Shown piece by piece: positions 36,165 through 48,685 of a stretch of 64,000 nt of DNA. A model generated the notes under the pieces. The model worked only from the letters and a program-made list of their open reading frames with translations, had not been told where the DNA came from and did no database searches. The stretch is taken from NCBI RefSeq assembly GCF_018977255.1, contig NW_024704742.1:8000001-8064000 (forward strand), read 5' to 3'. Numbering within the stretch: the first letter of the stretch is position 1; each line of letters opens with the position of its first letter. Made by a program: the position numbers and the translations under genes. The DNA comes from Callorhinchus milii. Taxonomy: Eukaryota.

Positions 36165-36460
36165 CTTGTGTTGCATTGTCAAAGGCGCCATCCTTTGGAT
36201 GAGACATTAAACCAAGTTCCTGTCTGCCTGTTCAGGTGGATGTTAAGGATCCTATGGCACTATTCAAAAAGAGAAGGGTGTTTCTCCAGGTGTCTTGGCC
36301 AACAATCCCCCAGTTAACATCGGTCGCTCACTTCATGGCTGTGTGTGCGACATTGTTGTGCGCAATTGTGCTGCCGCCTTTGCCTACAAATTCATAGTCA
36401 CTCCATTTCACAGTCATTTCCATGAATCGCTTTGAGACATCCTTCCAATGTGATAATGCA
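36165..36460 (+). mobile_element. Old Deu-SINE, partial
   Basis: GATGAGACATTAAACC...GGTGGATGTTAAGGATCCTATGGCACTATTCAAAAAGAGAAGGG...GTGTCTTGGCCAAC. Confidence 0.8.
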
Positions 36461-37860
36461 CATGAAAGGATATATTATGTATTCAGAAGTTTCGCCTGTG
36501 CTGAGGAGCATGGCAGCAATGATCACATTTAAAGCCTGGGAGGCAGCTTTCCTGTGTGTGTTGAGCAGATGATTATTATAAAAGGAACAGGGAGTGGAAC
36601 TAAATAGATAGTTCAGTCAGAGAGAGACCGCGCAGGGCAAGGGGCCAAATGGCACCTCTTCCGTGCTGAAAAAATTTATGATTCTATATTGAGAACTAGA
36701 TCATGCACAAAGGGTCTGAGCATGATCCAGTTCTTAATATAGTAATGCGAGACAGGATGCAGCAGCACATGAAAGAAACTGGATGTGTTCATCAGCGGAT
36801 CTGGTAATGACTTTCACGGTATCTTTCTCCAGTGAATCACCACATTCGAGTTGGGGACTAGAGCAGGAACCAAACTAGTGCGGAAACCTCTCTTCACTGG
36901 GTGATCGGGGTCCCAAATAAAATGGATAAAATAAAATAAAAGACTTGCTCCTGTTCCTCGAGTACTCAAGTTTACAACCTAAAAAAACACACCTCTAATT
37001 TGGCAATTAATGCTCCAAGAACTCTCGGTCAGATAAGTGGGTGAATGGAGCTGACAACTTACTCTTTTGAGGTGAAAGCCTTTGCCCACTCAGCTCAGAC
37101 ACTATCACTTTGAAAAGTATTTCATATTAACCAACAGTTGTCCAATTGTAGGGCTATAGCCTATTAGTCACTCAGCCATACTTCAATTTAAAATATTTTC
37201 ACCTGTTTGCTTCTGTTTTCTCTTGTAACTGTGGACAGATTAATACTAACATGCAGTATTGTTAGGCCTTAATATAGTCTTCCATTAGAGCTGTTTCCCA
37301 TACTATTATTATTATTAGCTGGAGAATTGAAACTTCCTTGAACGATGTGGTGATTACATATCCCCAGCTCATTGGTACCATCTGTCATTGAGCAGGTCTT
37401 TCATACAAAGAGACATTTGTTAGCTCTGCTTTTACTGGCCAAAGTGCTGCTGAGAGGAACTCCTGGGGTTTGGATAACTGTTAACACAAGGGGCAAATTG
37501 ACTCATGATCCATGTTACAGCAGGAATTTGGTTACCAACCATAGCACCAGATGTAATCTATTAGAGGAGAACATTGCCATGTGGAAGAGGAAGCTCTCCA
37601 TTGCACAAGCATGAGCACCTTCACAGGAGGGGTGAAAACGGCAAAAAAATAAAAATAGTGCATTGAAGTGCGCAAATTTGGTGGTTGTGACTGTTTACAA
37701 AATACACGGTCACTACACTTCACAATAAGTCCTGTGCAGTGCTTCACGAAGTCTGCTTATGCCCTGATTGTAAATCACCTCAGAATGAGACCTCAGCCCT
37801 GTCTTAAATCACTTCAAGGCAAGGATCTTCACGAGTCAGTGTGATGTAAGATTGTTTATA

Positions 37861-38223
37861 ATAACAATAATATAATAATAATCCTTGCGTTTGATATCAC
37901 TCCTTATCACATCGTTGAGACATCTCAAAGCGCTTCACAGAATCTATTGCAAAGTGAATTTTGGGCAAATTGCAGCAGCCAATTGAGCACAGCAGTGTCC
38001 CACAAACATGGATATTCGTGGATTGAGTGACCAATTTTTTTTGAGGGGAATTATTACCCCCGCAACGCGATCTACCAATTGTCTAACAACCGGGTTCCTA
38101 TTTACTGTTAGTTAAACAGTGGAGTAAGGAAACTTGCCTAAGGTTTCACCCCACCTGGGAATCGATCTCAGGTCCTTGCTCTTGCGAGGTGAGTGCACTA
38201 ACCAGTACGCTATGGGACTCCCA
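37861..38223 (-). mobile_element. Young SINE, long variant
   Basis: Contains the tail, central domain and head. A separate tail fragment follows at 38333-38440. Confidence 0.88.
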
Positions 38224-38964
38224 CATGTTTCCGTGAAGGAGACAAACTTTACATCACACTCTATCTTTTTCCACAGGGAGAAGTCAGGAGTACTTTTCCG
38301 AGGAGTTCTTTTTCAACCCCAATGTCACAAAAAATAATAATCCTTGCACTTGATATAGCGTCTTATCACGTCTTCAAGACGTCTCAAAGCGCTTCACAGA
38401 ATATACTGTAAAGTAAATTGACTGTATATTTTGTGGGCAAAAATACGACTAATATTTCTATAATAAAATATTGTAGGTGTTGAACACTGTGATCCAATGA
38501 TAGGGTTTGGACAATGTTCAAAAATATTTCATTTTTGCAACTGATATCATTTATATGTTCGATAAATTGGCAGCTTTTCCCCCCTCATAATTAATACTCG
38601 CTCCATGAAAGCAATGTAGCTTCTAATCTCATGGCAAAGATGAAATCAGATGCATGTACTTGGCTAGATTTCAGAGCACTGATCTCTCACTGCCAGATTT
38701 TCCGCACAGTTTTGCATTAGTCAAAACAAATACTAGTGCATGTGCTGAAACGTGTAATACATGTTTCAGCACTCAACGATGCTGCAGATAAACTCCCTCT
38801 TTCTCACAGCCCCTAGAACTTACGGTTTATACCATAAGTTGAGAAATATTCAATCAAAAGAAAACCCTGAAAACACACTAATGATTGAATACGGACTTAC
38901 CTAGACTCGTGCAGATGTTCGGAGTGTTCTGTGGGCCACTGGTTAGTCACCGCAGCCCTACTGT

Positions 38965-39086
38965 CCCCTCCATCTCACTGACCATAGTCTGATAAACCCC
39001 TCCATCTCACAGCCCCTAGACTGATAAATCCCCTTCATCTCACTGACCACAGACTGATAAACCCCTTCATTTCACTAAACCCAACT
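38965..39086. repeat. ~32-bp minisatellite (about 3.7 units, plus a detached unit near 38785-38818)
   Basis: The unit CTGATAAACCCCTCCATCTCAC(AGCCCCT/TGACCAC)AGA starts at 38989, 39021 and 39054. Confidence 0.85.
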
Positions 39087-39409
39087 GAGCAAATGTTATA
39101 AAGCCCCCCACATGCTCTAACCTGATAATTCTTCCTAGCAGTATCTTCTCATGGTCCCTCAATATTCTCTTTCCGTTTGAGCTGTTTGTTACCAAAGTTA
39201 CCAAACTTGCCCAACGTTGCACTCTGCCCAGGAATTGAACCTGGGGCTCTCACTTGCGAGGCAAGTGCTCTGACCCCTAAGCTTCAGGTCTCCACATCAC
39301 CTCACAATTTTCTTTGAATCCTAAACCTTCATTCATCGCATGCTTGCTGAGTACAATACCAAGGATGATAAGAAACATTTTCCTATACTGATTCTGTTTT
39401 AGATGTTAG

Positions 39410-39622
39410 CCTAGCTCTGTTGTTAGCTTTCTCACCCGGATTCAAGGCCTTCACTGGGACTCGTGATCACAGGCTAAGCTCCAGTGCAGTACCTGGGGAG
39501 CTGGCTGCACAGGTGGCTTCCTGTGGATGAGACTAAACTGAGGGTTAGGGTTAGATATGGGCATTAAAGCTCCCAAGACACAGTTCAAAAAGAAAAGGGA
39601 GATTTTCCTGGTGTCCTGGCAA
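39410..39622 (+). mobile_element. Old Deu-SINE truncated by an L2 insertion
   Basis: CCAGTGCAGTAC...GATGAGACTAAACTGAGG...TTCAAAAAGAAAAGGGAGATTTTCCTGGTGTCCTGGCAAAC. A young SINE head lies upstream at 39205-39293 (-). Confidence 0.7.
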
Positions 39623-40437
39623 ACAACAACAACAACAACAACAACAACAAGATTCCATTTATAAAGCGCCTTTCACGTCAGGAGGACGTCCCAAGGCGCT
39701 GGACAGTTGGGTCTGGACCCGAGCAGGGGGGAAATGGTCAGGGTGAGGGGAGGGAAGGGAGGGAGGGAGCGAGGAGGGGGTAGAGAGTCAAGAGGGGAGC
39801 TGAAGGCACGGTCAAACAGAAAGGTCTTGAGACCGGCCTTGAAGGAGGAAAGGGAGGAGGCGGCGAAGGCACTGGGGGATGGAATTCCAGAGCCTCGGGG
39901 CTGAGAGGCTGAAGGGCCGGCCACCGATGGTAGGGCGGTTGGGGCGGGGGATGTGGAGCAGACCGGAGCCAGAGGAACGGAGGGTACGGGCAGGTAGGTA
40001 GGGGGATAGTAGGTCAGAGAAGTAGGAGGGAGCAAGGTCGTGAATGGCCTTGTAGGTGAGGATGAGGATCTTGAATTCGATCCTCTGGGGGATGGGGAGC
40101 CAGTGGAGGCGAGTGAGGGTGGGAGTGATGTGGTTGCGGTGTCTGGTGCGGGACAGTACACGAGCTGCAGAGTTCTGAATGACCTGCAGTGTGGAGGGAG
40201 GTGCCGGGAAGGCCGGCGAGGAGAGAGTTCCCATAGTCCAGCCTTGAGGTGATAAAGGCGTGGACCAGAGTTTCAGCAGCGTGAGGGGTGAGGTAGTGCC
40301 GTAGTCTGGTGATATTCCAGAGGTGATGGAAGGCGGTGCCAATTGTGGCGCAGATATGAGGGAGAAAGGACAGCTCAGGGTCGAACAGAACGCCGAGGTT
40401 CCTGACTGGCTTTGAGGGGTGGAGAGTGCAGCCTTGG
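39623..40437 (-). mobile_element. Young L2 LINE 3' fragment
   Basis: Encodes LQVIQNSAARVLSRTRHRNHITPTLTRLHWLPIPQRIEFKILILTYKAIHDLAPSY; has a (CAA)n tail. Confidence 0.95.
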
Positions 40438-41806
40438 ATGCTGAAATAATGACTGCATTGCCTTCAAAAATTGAATTATTGCTAATTGCGGATTCAAGTC
40501 GTACCTCAGGATCATGATCACAAGTCCCGTTGTAGGGCTTGAATCCGCAGTTAGCAATAATTATTGCAAAAGATTTGAGACTATTTGATGCATAAGTCAT
40601 GATAAAAGAGTGAGGTTTTTTTAACCAGACAGGAAAGGTTCAGGTAAAACCCTGTGCCTTGCAGCTATGTCATTCTTTCATCACTGCCACAATAACCCTT
40701 CCAATGTTTTAATAATGTACATTTATTATCTAATTAAAACTGCTAGTAGATTACATCAAAGGTCTGGATAAGCCAAGGAGAATGTGAGGAAAGGTTCCTG
40801 TCTCTGCCATTCCGAACTTCCAGCAAGGCTTCGATTTAATTCCAATGTGTGTGACCTTGAGTGTCAGCGTGCCCTGAGCTCTGCAACTGGCTTCCAGACT
40901 GATAAGGTAATCATAATAAGATCAGAAACAGCAGGAGTGGCTCAGCCTAAGTACAAGCCAAACCGAAAAGTCAATAACTGCACAACACGACATGCATCAT
41001 TTGACATCATATCGACCCAACCACAAAAATGGAACAAAGTACCGAGAGGTAGCCTTTGACTTATGATTTAAATAACCTGCCGTCCTCTTTCAGATGCCCC
41101 TCACATTTCCATACAGGCCTTGAAGCAATTTTTTTTTAGCATGAAGCCGAACACACAAAAATAAAAATTGTTCACTTCAAGGTAAGATTTATCTGCCAGC
41201 GAACTGGTTAAGATCTAACAGCAGAGTTAACACTTTTAATAGGCGAAAGGAAATAGTGCTACCAGCAGGATGACAGTTCTCATATTGATAGACAACAAAC
41301 AATGTACAAGTCATCAATAAAATAAACATTTATATTTATATTTATATTACGCCTTTCACATCAGGAGGAACTCTCAAAGCACCTGAGAGGACATGCTGTA
41401 ACTTTAATGACCATGCTTGGTAGGCAAGCATAAGAGGCTATGGAAGAGGTTCCATTCTCCTTCTATTGGACAACTCAACAGAATCCTAATCCTTTTTGAG
41501 CCTAACCTCAAATGGTGCTGATACAGATACTAGGTAGGATTTTTATGGTGTAGAAGTCTGCTCCGTCTTATTGAAGACAGTAGCTGCTACTGGTCTCTGT
41601 AACACAGCGCAGCTACAGAAATAGGCTCTTCATTCAAAAAGAGAAGAGAGTTTCTCTCAAGGACCTGGACAGATATATTGATCATTCACTTCATGACTTC
41701 ACATTAGATCTCAGTTTGCACAAATTGACTGCTGCATTAGTCTACAAATCCACAGTCTACCACACATAACAGTAATTTCCTGTGAAGTATTTTAATAATA
41801 TTAATA

Positions 41807-42275
41807 CAACAACAACAACAAGATTCCATTTATTGAGCACCTTTCACGTCGGGAGGACGTCCCAAGGCGCTGTACAGTTGGGTCAGGACCCGAGCAGGGG
41901 GGAAATGGTCAGGGTGAGGGGAGGGAAGGGAGGGAGCGAGGAGGGGTAGAGAGTCGAGAGGGGAGCTGAAGGCACGGTCAAAGAGAAAGGTCTTGAGACC
42001 GGCCTTGAAGGAGGAAAGGGAGGAGGCGGCGAAGGCACTGGGGGATAGAGTTCCAGAGCCTCGGGGCTGAGAGGCTGAAGGCCCGGCCACCGATGGTAGG
42101 GCGGTTGGGGCGGGGGATGTGGAGCAGACCGGAGCCAGAGGAACGGAGGGCACGAGCAGGTAGGTAGGGGGATAATAATTCTTGCATTTGATATAGTGCC
42201 TTATCACGTCTTCGAGACGTCTCAAAGGGCTTCACGGAATATACTGTAAAGTGAATTGACTGTATATTTTGTGGA
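41807..42275 (-). mobile_element. Young L2 3' fragment (to ~42173) joined to a SINE tail
   Basis: Near-identical to the 39650-40010 segment. At the junction GGGGGATAATAATTCTTGCATTTG it switches to a SINE tail. Confidence 0.92.
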
Positions 42276-44199
42276 AAAAATGCATATTTTGAGACATTAT
42301 AAGTCCTTTATCAGATACAAAGATTATTATAACTAATAATACTTTAGTTTATTCTATTGGCTACTAATTGCTGATGCCTCTGGCTAAAGCTTGTTTCCGC
42401 ATACTTTAGCCAGAGATACCACTCTCTGGTACCTCACTCAGAAGATCATTCTTCACATGTGAGGATGGACAAGAGTATCAAAAGACCTGGGACTTTGTTG
42501 GTGTGTACAGTCAGTGCATTTATAGCTTACTCAGTTGGGGAGAAACTCCTTATCTACAACACGTCTCTCCAAAGTATCTTTTTGTTAAAATGTTTCATAT
42601 CTTAATATGACTACCGCCCATGGAATAATGTACAAACATGTGTGATAATTATCAGATCCACCAAAAGTGTGGTGAAAAGCAGTAAATAGTTTGCACTGGC
42701 CTCAGGGGGTGAAGGTGGGCGTGTGATAACAAGTAACTCACAAACACATTTATCAATAGGTGACTATTGGGAGGAAAGTGAGAAACTCAGAGGAGAGTAA
42801 GGTTCATACTTGTTCCAGAAGACGAGTTTATGAAGGGTAAGGTGATAAGAAAGACAAGATATTTCGGATGTTATAATGGGAAGATTCCAAGGTGAATATT
42901 TTCTATGTTATTTACTCGTTTCTTACCTTTTTCCCTCTTCTAATGAATGCATTTTTAGTGAATGTGATAATATCCCAGATGATAATATCACATACTGCAT
43001 TCTCTCCTCCACCACCGCCACCACCCCCAACACACACACTCATAATGATAGTGGAGTTGCCAGGTAACCTGGTAAATTGGTGCTCAGAGTAATAAGATAT
43101 TGGGACGTCAGCACCTTGGGACATGAAAGGCGCTATAGAAATATAAATTTGTTGTTGTTATAGGTTTGCAGCCACAATCTTAGCCATGCCATTTTGCAAA
43201 ATGACACTGAAGAATATCAGGGTCTACTGTGGCATGTGATTAAAGCGGTTCAGGCTCCCACAGTCAATCTGTGGTCAATCTGAGTTAAGGATAGGTATTG
43301 TATTGTTCTTGGAGTAGAATATTCTACTCTTTTATTAAAACTTCCCAAGGAAGAATGTGGAAGCAAAAAATGTCATTTGTTTCAAGAACAAATTAGATAG
43401 ATTTCTGCTAGAAAATAATATCTCAGGATACAGTGTATAGTTTGGGACACGACATGTCAAGCGACTGCCAGGATGGTGGAAGACGAACTAGATTGACCTT
43501 CGTCTTCTTTTGCCCAGCATATTCGTATGTTTTTATGTTCTTGTGTCTGGTTAAAAGAACTTACAACAGCACATTTTCTCCCATGTGGGAATGGACAGTC
43601 CAAGAGAACGATATCCCAGCCCACATTCAATCATCGGCAAAGGTCTAACAGCTGTGCCAGCTTTATGTGTTCAGGTGCAGTGCATGAGCTAGGGAAGGAA
43701 GAGGGAAAAAGGTTAGAAACTAGTAAATAACATAGACAATATTTACTTTGTCATCTTCCCATTATAGTATCAGAAATGTCTTTTCTTTCTTATCACCTCA
43801 CCCTTAATAAACTCATCCTCTGGAACAAGTATTAACCTTATTATTATGATGTTACAATAATAACAAATAATAACAAGAATAATCCTTACATTTAATATAC
43901 TGCCTCTAAAGTCCATGAAACTCTTTTTCACATCCCTTCAATGATATTTATATCAGCTGCAGAATGTACAGGTTTGTTTGCGTTCAGAAGTACTGGTCTC
44001 ATGTGCATATAAATCACTTGTAAATGCAGTACCGGTTCTAACTGATGAAGTGTTTCACAAGGACTCTTGTGACATACGCCAACAGAAAAAATCGTCTCCA
44101 AGATGTGTTTTGTTAACTGCAATACATCAAAAGCAACAGTTCACAAATGTGGGTTCGGCATCTTTGATTTGAAAGGGCTGCCTTGACTCAGCTGCTTCA

Positions 44200-44465
44200 G
44201 GTCTTCTTGTCCCTTGTCCCCTCCGCTCCACAATTGTCAGCTCATACTTTCAGCCACTGTGTCCTACATCTCTGGAACTCCTCTCCTCAATCCCTCCGCC
44301 TTGCCCCATCTTCTCCCATCTTCAAATCACACCTGAAGATATTTTTCTTCAACCTTTCAGTCACCTTATCCTCACTTTCAAGCTAGGTGTCAAATCACGC
44401 TACTGCTAAGCGCTCCGAGACACTACCCCGTGTGAAGGGCGCTATGTAAAATGCAAGTTGTTGTT
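44200..44465 (+). mobile_element. Old L2 3' fragment
   Basis: Encodes LWNSSPQSLRLAP..FKSHLKIFFF; ends GGCGCTATGTAAAATGCAAG(TTG)n. Confidence 0.75.
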
Positions 44466-45175
44466 CACAGTCTTGTAACGATCATAGTCTATTTTAAGTC
44501 TTGGTTGAGAAATGTTGCAAATCTTATATCTGAAAGCTTCGCAGCCCCTGTTAGGGAAAGAAGAGAGGTTACCTTTTGCAGGGATGCTATGAATGATAGA
44601 TGAGTATGTGAATACAACATGTGCACCCCACAAAGAAAGACATTTCAGTTAAACTGAGACTTGGCAGAAATCCTACTGTAATTTAAGAGATGGAATTGAT
44701 TTCAGGAAAAAATTCACCACACTCCAGAGATATAAGAGGAATGAGTTTTTATGGCTATAAGTGGAAAGAAAATGTGCTGCTTCCAGTGTAAGTCTGGAGA
44801 AGCGATTCTGTAGGGATGGTTCTAACTTAATAATATCTGTGTTATGAGCTGTGTTTGTGGTTCCCTGTTTCCTGGATTTAGATTCTCTCTGAAGGTCTTG
44901 AATCTCTGGTAGATGTTTGAAGATAAGATAGGTGATCAGTAGTGCATCTGCCACAGACAGTATTGTTAGCTTAACATCCGGAATTGATGCACTCACAGTG
45001 ACTTAACTCGGTTTCCTGAACTCATTTACGAATATTGATAATATCTTCAGGAGACACTTGTGTGAGGCTCAGCTCAGTATAACAAGGACCTGCTATTCAG
45101 CAATCGCTATCTGGATTAGCAGCAAGAGGAGGAAATAGATCCACTTTGTGGTGTGCTTATGCAGAAAACAGTGAA

Positions 45176-45409
45176 GGGAGAAATTCCACCTGGTTCTATT
45201 TCCTTGGTATTTTAGAGAGTCCAGAATTTGGCAAATTCTTAAATACAGCCTTCATTTTGAAGTTGTTTTTCTCTAATTTCCTTTAAGAAACTATATTTAA
45301 AAAATTGGCTTCTAAAACTAATACTGAATACAACAATTTACCAAATTCTGGATACTACATAAAAAGCTACATAAATAAAGTAAATCCAAACTCAGTTGGA
45401 AATTCTCCC
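45176..45409. mobile_element. Palindromic MITE-like element, copy 2
   Basis: Terminal inverted repeats are GGGAGAAATTCC / GGAAATTCTCCC. The internal GAATTTGGCAAATTCTTAAATACAG..TTTTGAAGTTG is the reverse complement of about 954-999. Confidence 0.7.
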
Positions 45410-45549
45410 CATTAATTCCTTATTGAAGCTGAACAGATAGGACATCTATTCAGATAGAACAATAGATTGACCTTATGTATATAACGTTTAAAGGGCTGTT
45501 TTCTTGCGAGATTTGACTGTTTTCACAGTGATATTTTTGCTGTAAGATC

Positions 45550-45790
45550 AACAACAACAACTTGCATTTACATAGTCCCTTCATACAGGGTAGCGTCCCA
45601 GAGCCCTTGACAGTGGCAAAGCATGACACCAAGCCAGGGGGGATGGGGGAGGTGACCGTAGGCAAGGTCAAAGATGGGGAAGGAGGGGGCAAGGCAGAGG
45701 GATTGAGGGAGAGTGTTCCGGAGTTTCAGGGCATAGTGGCTGAAAGTACGGCCACCAATGTTGGAAAAAGGGACACGAGGGACAAGCAGG
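45550..45790 (-). mobile_element. Old L2 3' fragment
   Basis: (CAA)nCTTGCATTTACATAG tail; encodes IGGRTFSH..RNTLPQSL. Confidence 0.75.
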
Positions 45791-45958
45791 ATGACACAAT
45801 GGGCTTGAAAGATCAAGGACCATTGAAGTATTTGATATCATCGTCCACGATGTCACTCCCCTCCACTTTCTTGGTGATCCATTCCAGTTGTTAATTACGC
45901 TGTGTAAAGAAATATTTCCTGGTTTCTGTCCTACAATTGCCCTTCCCAACCCTGAGCA

Positions 45959-46227
45959 TAATAATAATAATAATCCTTGCATTTGATATAGCGCTTTTCA
46001 CGTCGGGAGGACGTCCCAAAGCGCTTCACAGAATATACTGTAAAGTGAATTGACTGTATATTTGTGGGCGAACGCGGCAGTCAATTGCGCACAGCAATGT
46101 CCCACAAACAGTCGTAGATTGAAAATGACCAATTTATCATTGTTTTTGTTTTGTAGGGATTATTATTAGGCGTGTGGAGTAAGGAAACTTGCCCAAGGTG
46201 CTCTAACCACTGAGCTACAGGACTCCA
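45959..46227 (-). mobile_element. Young SINE, short variant with a deletion in the head
   Basis: Has the L2-like loop GTCGGGAGGACGTCCCAAAG. The head lacks the anticodon/B-box segment (GCCCAAG|GTGCTCTAACC). Confidence 0.92.
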
Positions 46228-47251
46228 TGTGACCTCTTGCTCTACTCTCTTGGCTGATATGAGAGTATTGATTTAGGTTTACTTCCATGAAAAAAAAATT
46301 ACATGAAAAATGCTGCACCAGGTGCAAGGATTGTTATTGTTATTTGAATAAAGTCACCACATGAAATATTATAGATGGGGCCTGCAAAATGCCAATGAGC
46401 ACAGGAATGGGCTGAAATGCAGAGGGTTAGTGTGTGAGAGCTCAATCCACTATTGCTTATCGAAGGGGAAGAGAGCTGTGGTTTTCATAACATACACATA
46501 ACACAAAAAACAGTTTTACTGAAACTTTACAACCACCACCCCATGACTTCTGATAGAACATTGAATTCTTGTTTCTGTCACTATCGCTGAGCTATTTTCT
46601 CTTCCCACAGAACTGTTTATAATATTAATCAGATATGCGCCGGCTATGTTAGGGGCTGAAATACTTTGGAGCAGTCGTTTGGTGTATTATCCGTCGTAAT
46701 GCAATATAAATATGTTCAAGCCCTGCAGTGTGACAGGCCTGCTGGTCACTGTGGTGCACGAATATCTCGCTGAAAAACATGTCTCCCTGAGAATGATTGA
46801 TCCTGCACACTTCGGGGGCTGTGATTTACAACTCCACTGGGCTGCTCGTGGAACTTACAATTTTCCACAAATACCCCGTGTGGATTTCTTGTAGGTCGTA
46901 TATTTTTATCTGCTGGGCGTTTTGGGGGCCACGTTAAGTTTTGCTTTTCTTACGTCAATGAGGAACGAGTGTGAAAAAAAACAAGAGGTTTTGTTATTGG
47001 GGAAAAAAAACGCTTAACTAAAAGCGATTACAGTTATCTGCTTCCCTGGTGTCAGTTTTAGTTTAGCGTTTCTGACTGTTTAATCAGACAGTACCCTGAG
47101 TATTGCGGACCTGCCTGGCTCAGGAACTGGACTACCAAGACCGCCACAGAAGGTTGACTCAGTTCCAACATTCTGGCAGCACAACACTCTGGAGATGGTT
47201 CAGCTCCAAGAGGCACCCCCACAGCTTCCCTCCCACCCCCCCATCCCAAGG

Positions 47252-47862
47252 ATGATAATAATAATGATAATAATAAATAATAAAAATAATCCTTGATTTG
47301 ATATAGCACTTTTCACAACTTTTAGACGTCTCAAAGCACTTCACAGAATATACTGTAAAGTGAATTTACTGTATATTTTGTGGGCGAAACACGGCAGCCA
47401 ATTGCACACAGGAGAGTCCCACCAACAATCATGGATTGAGTGACGAAATTATCATTGTTTCTTTTATTTTTTTGAAGGATTATTATCCCCGGAAAAGCGA
47501 TCCGCCAATCGATTAACTACCGGATTCCTACTTAATATAATAATAATAATAATAATCCTTGAATTTGATATAGCGCTTTTCACATAGGGAGGACGTCTCA
47601 AAGCGCTTCACAGAATACACTGTAAAGTAAATTGACTGTATGTTTGTGAGCGAACGCGGCAGCCAATTGCGCACAGCAATGTCCCACAAACAGTCGTAGA
47701 TTGAAAATGACCAATTTATTATTGTTTTTGGTTTTGGAGGGATTATTATTAGGCTCTGTGTGGAGTAAGGAAACTTGCCCAAGGTTTCGCCCTGTCGGGA
47801 GTCGAACCCAGGTCTCTCGCTTGTGAGGCGAATGCTCTAACCACTGAGCTACAGGATGCCAC
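47252..47862 (-). mobile_element. Two tandem young SINEs (long-variant 3' part 47252-47533; full short variant 47537-47862)
   Basis: Two (AAT)n tails and two bodies, with a single tRNA head at about 47790-47862. Confidence 0.92.
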
Positions 47863-48277
47863 AGGGGTAGTCAAAAAAGCTTGGTGTTTTACTTAGCATC
47901 TTATGTGAAGGACAGAACCTTGGTACTGCACTGGAGCATCAGCCTGGACAGTGAGCTCAAGGGCTTGATCCCAAAACCTTCTGACCAGAGGTAAGTGTGC
48001 TACCAATTGATCCAGGCTGACTTTTGGGCTAAATGGCCTACAAATTGACTACCTAAACAAATCATATATATTTTACTTTGAACACTTGGAGACACTCTTC
48101 CGACGTGAAAGGTGCTGTACCAGATACAAGGATTATTACTGTATGCTTATTGCAGTCTGCACCTACTCCCCATAGCTTCCATTATTCTTCCCAAACAGAT
48201 TGATTATCAAGAGAGTTATGCAACATCTACTCCTTTTATAGTGTGTGACCTCACAGGTAATTTACTGGTATATCACT

Positions 48278-48652
48278 CGGGCTCAGTTGGTAGCACTCTC
48301 ACCTCGGAATCATAAGGTTGTGGGTTCAAGTCCCGCTGGGACTTGGAACTGGTATAGTCGAAACTGACACTTCAGTACTTTGCTGGGGGTGTCCTGCATT
48401 GGGGAGCTGCCTTCCTTCAGATCAGGTGGACGTTAAAGATCCCATGGCACTGTTCAAAAAGAGAAGCTAGGTCCCAGTGTCCAGGCAAACAATTCATCAA
48501 ATAAAGTTGATCACTTCATTGACATTTGTGGGACACTGCAAACTGGCTCCCACATTTGCCCACAAAACACAGTCACACCATTTTACAGTATATCCTGTGA
48601 AGCACTTTGGGACATCCTCCTGACGTGAAAGGCCCTATATCAAATGTAAGGA

Positions 48653-48684
<32 letters not shown>
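48278..48684 (+). mobile_element. Old Deu-domain SINE, near full length
   Basis: Head GCTCAGTTGGTAGCACTCTCACCTC..GGTTGTGGGTTCAAGTCC; Deu core GTTAAAGATCCCATGGCACTGTTC; L2 tail and (ATT)n. Confidence 0.88.

Positions 48685-48685
<1 letters not shown>

Noticed and set aside
38965..39086. CRISPR-like array
   Set aside because: The units are contiguous with no unique spacers, the context is eukaryotic, and there are no cas genes. It is a minisatellite.
39812..40600. 262-aa ORF as a host gene
   Set aside because: It is mostly frameshifted L2 ORF2 plus read-through from unique flank.
44673..44996. 107-aa ORF in unique DNA
   Set aside because: It has no recognisable domain and a non-ATG start that coincides with a GTGAGT donor-like motif. 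Its length is compatible with chance.
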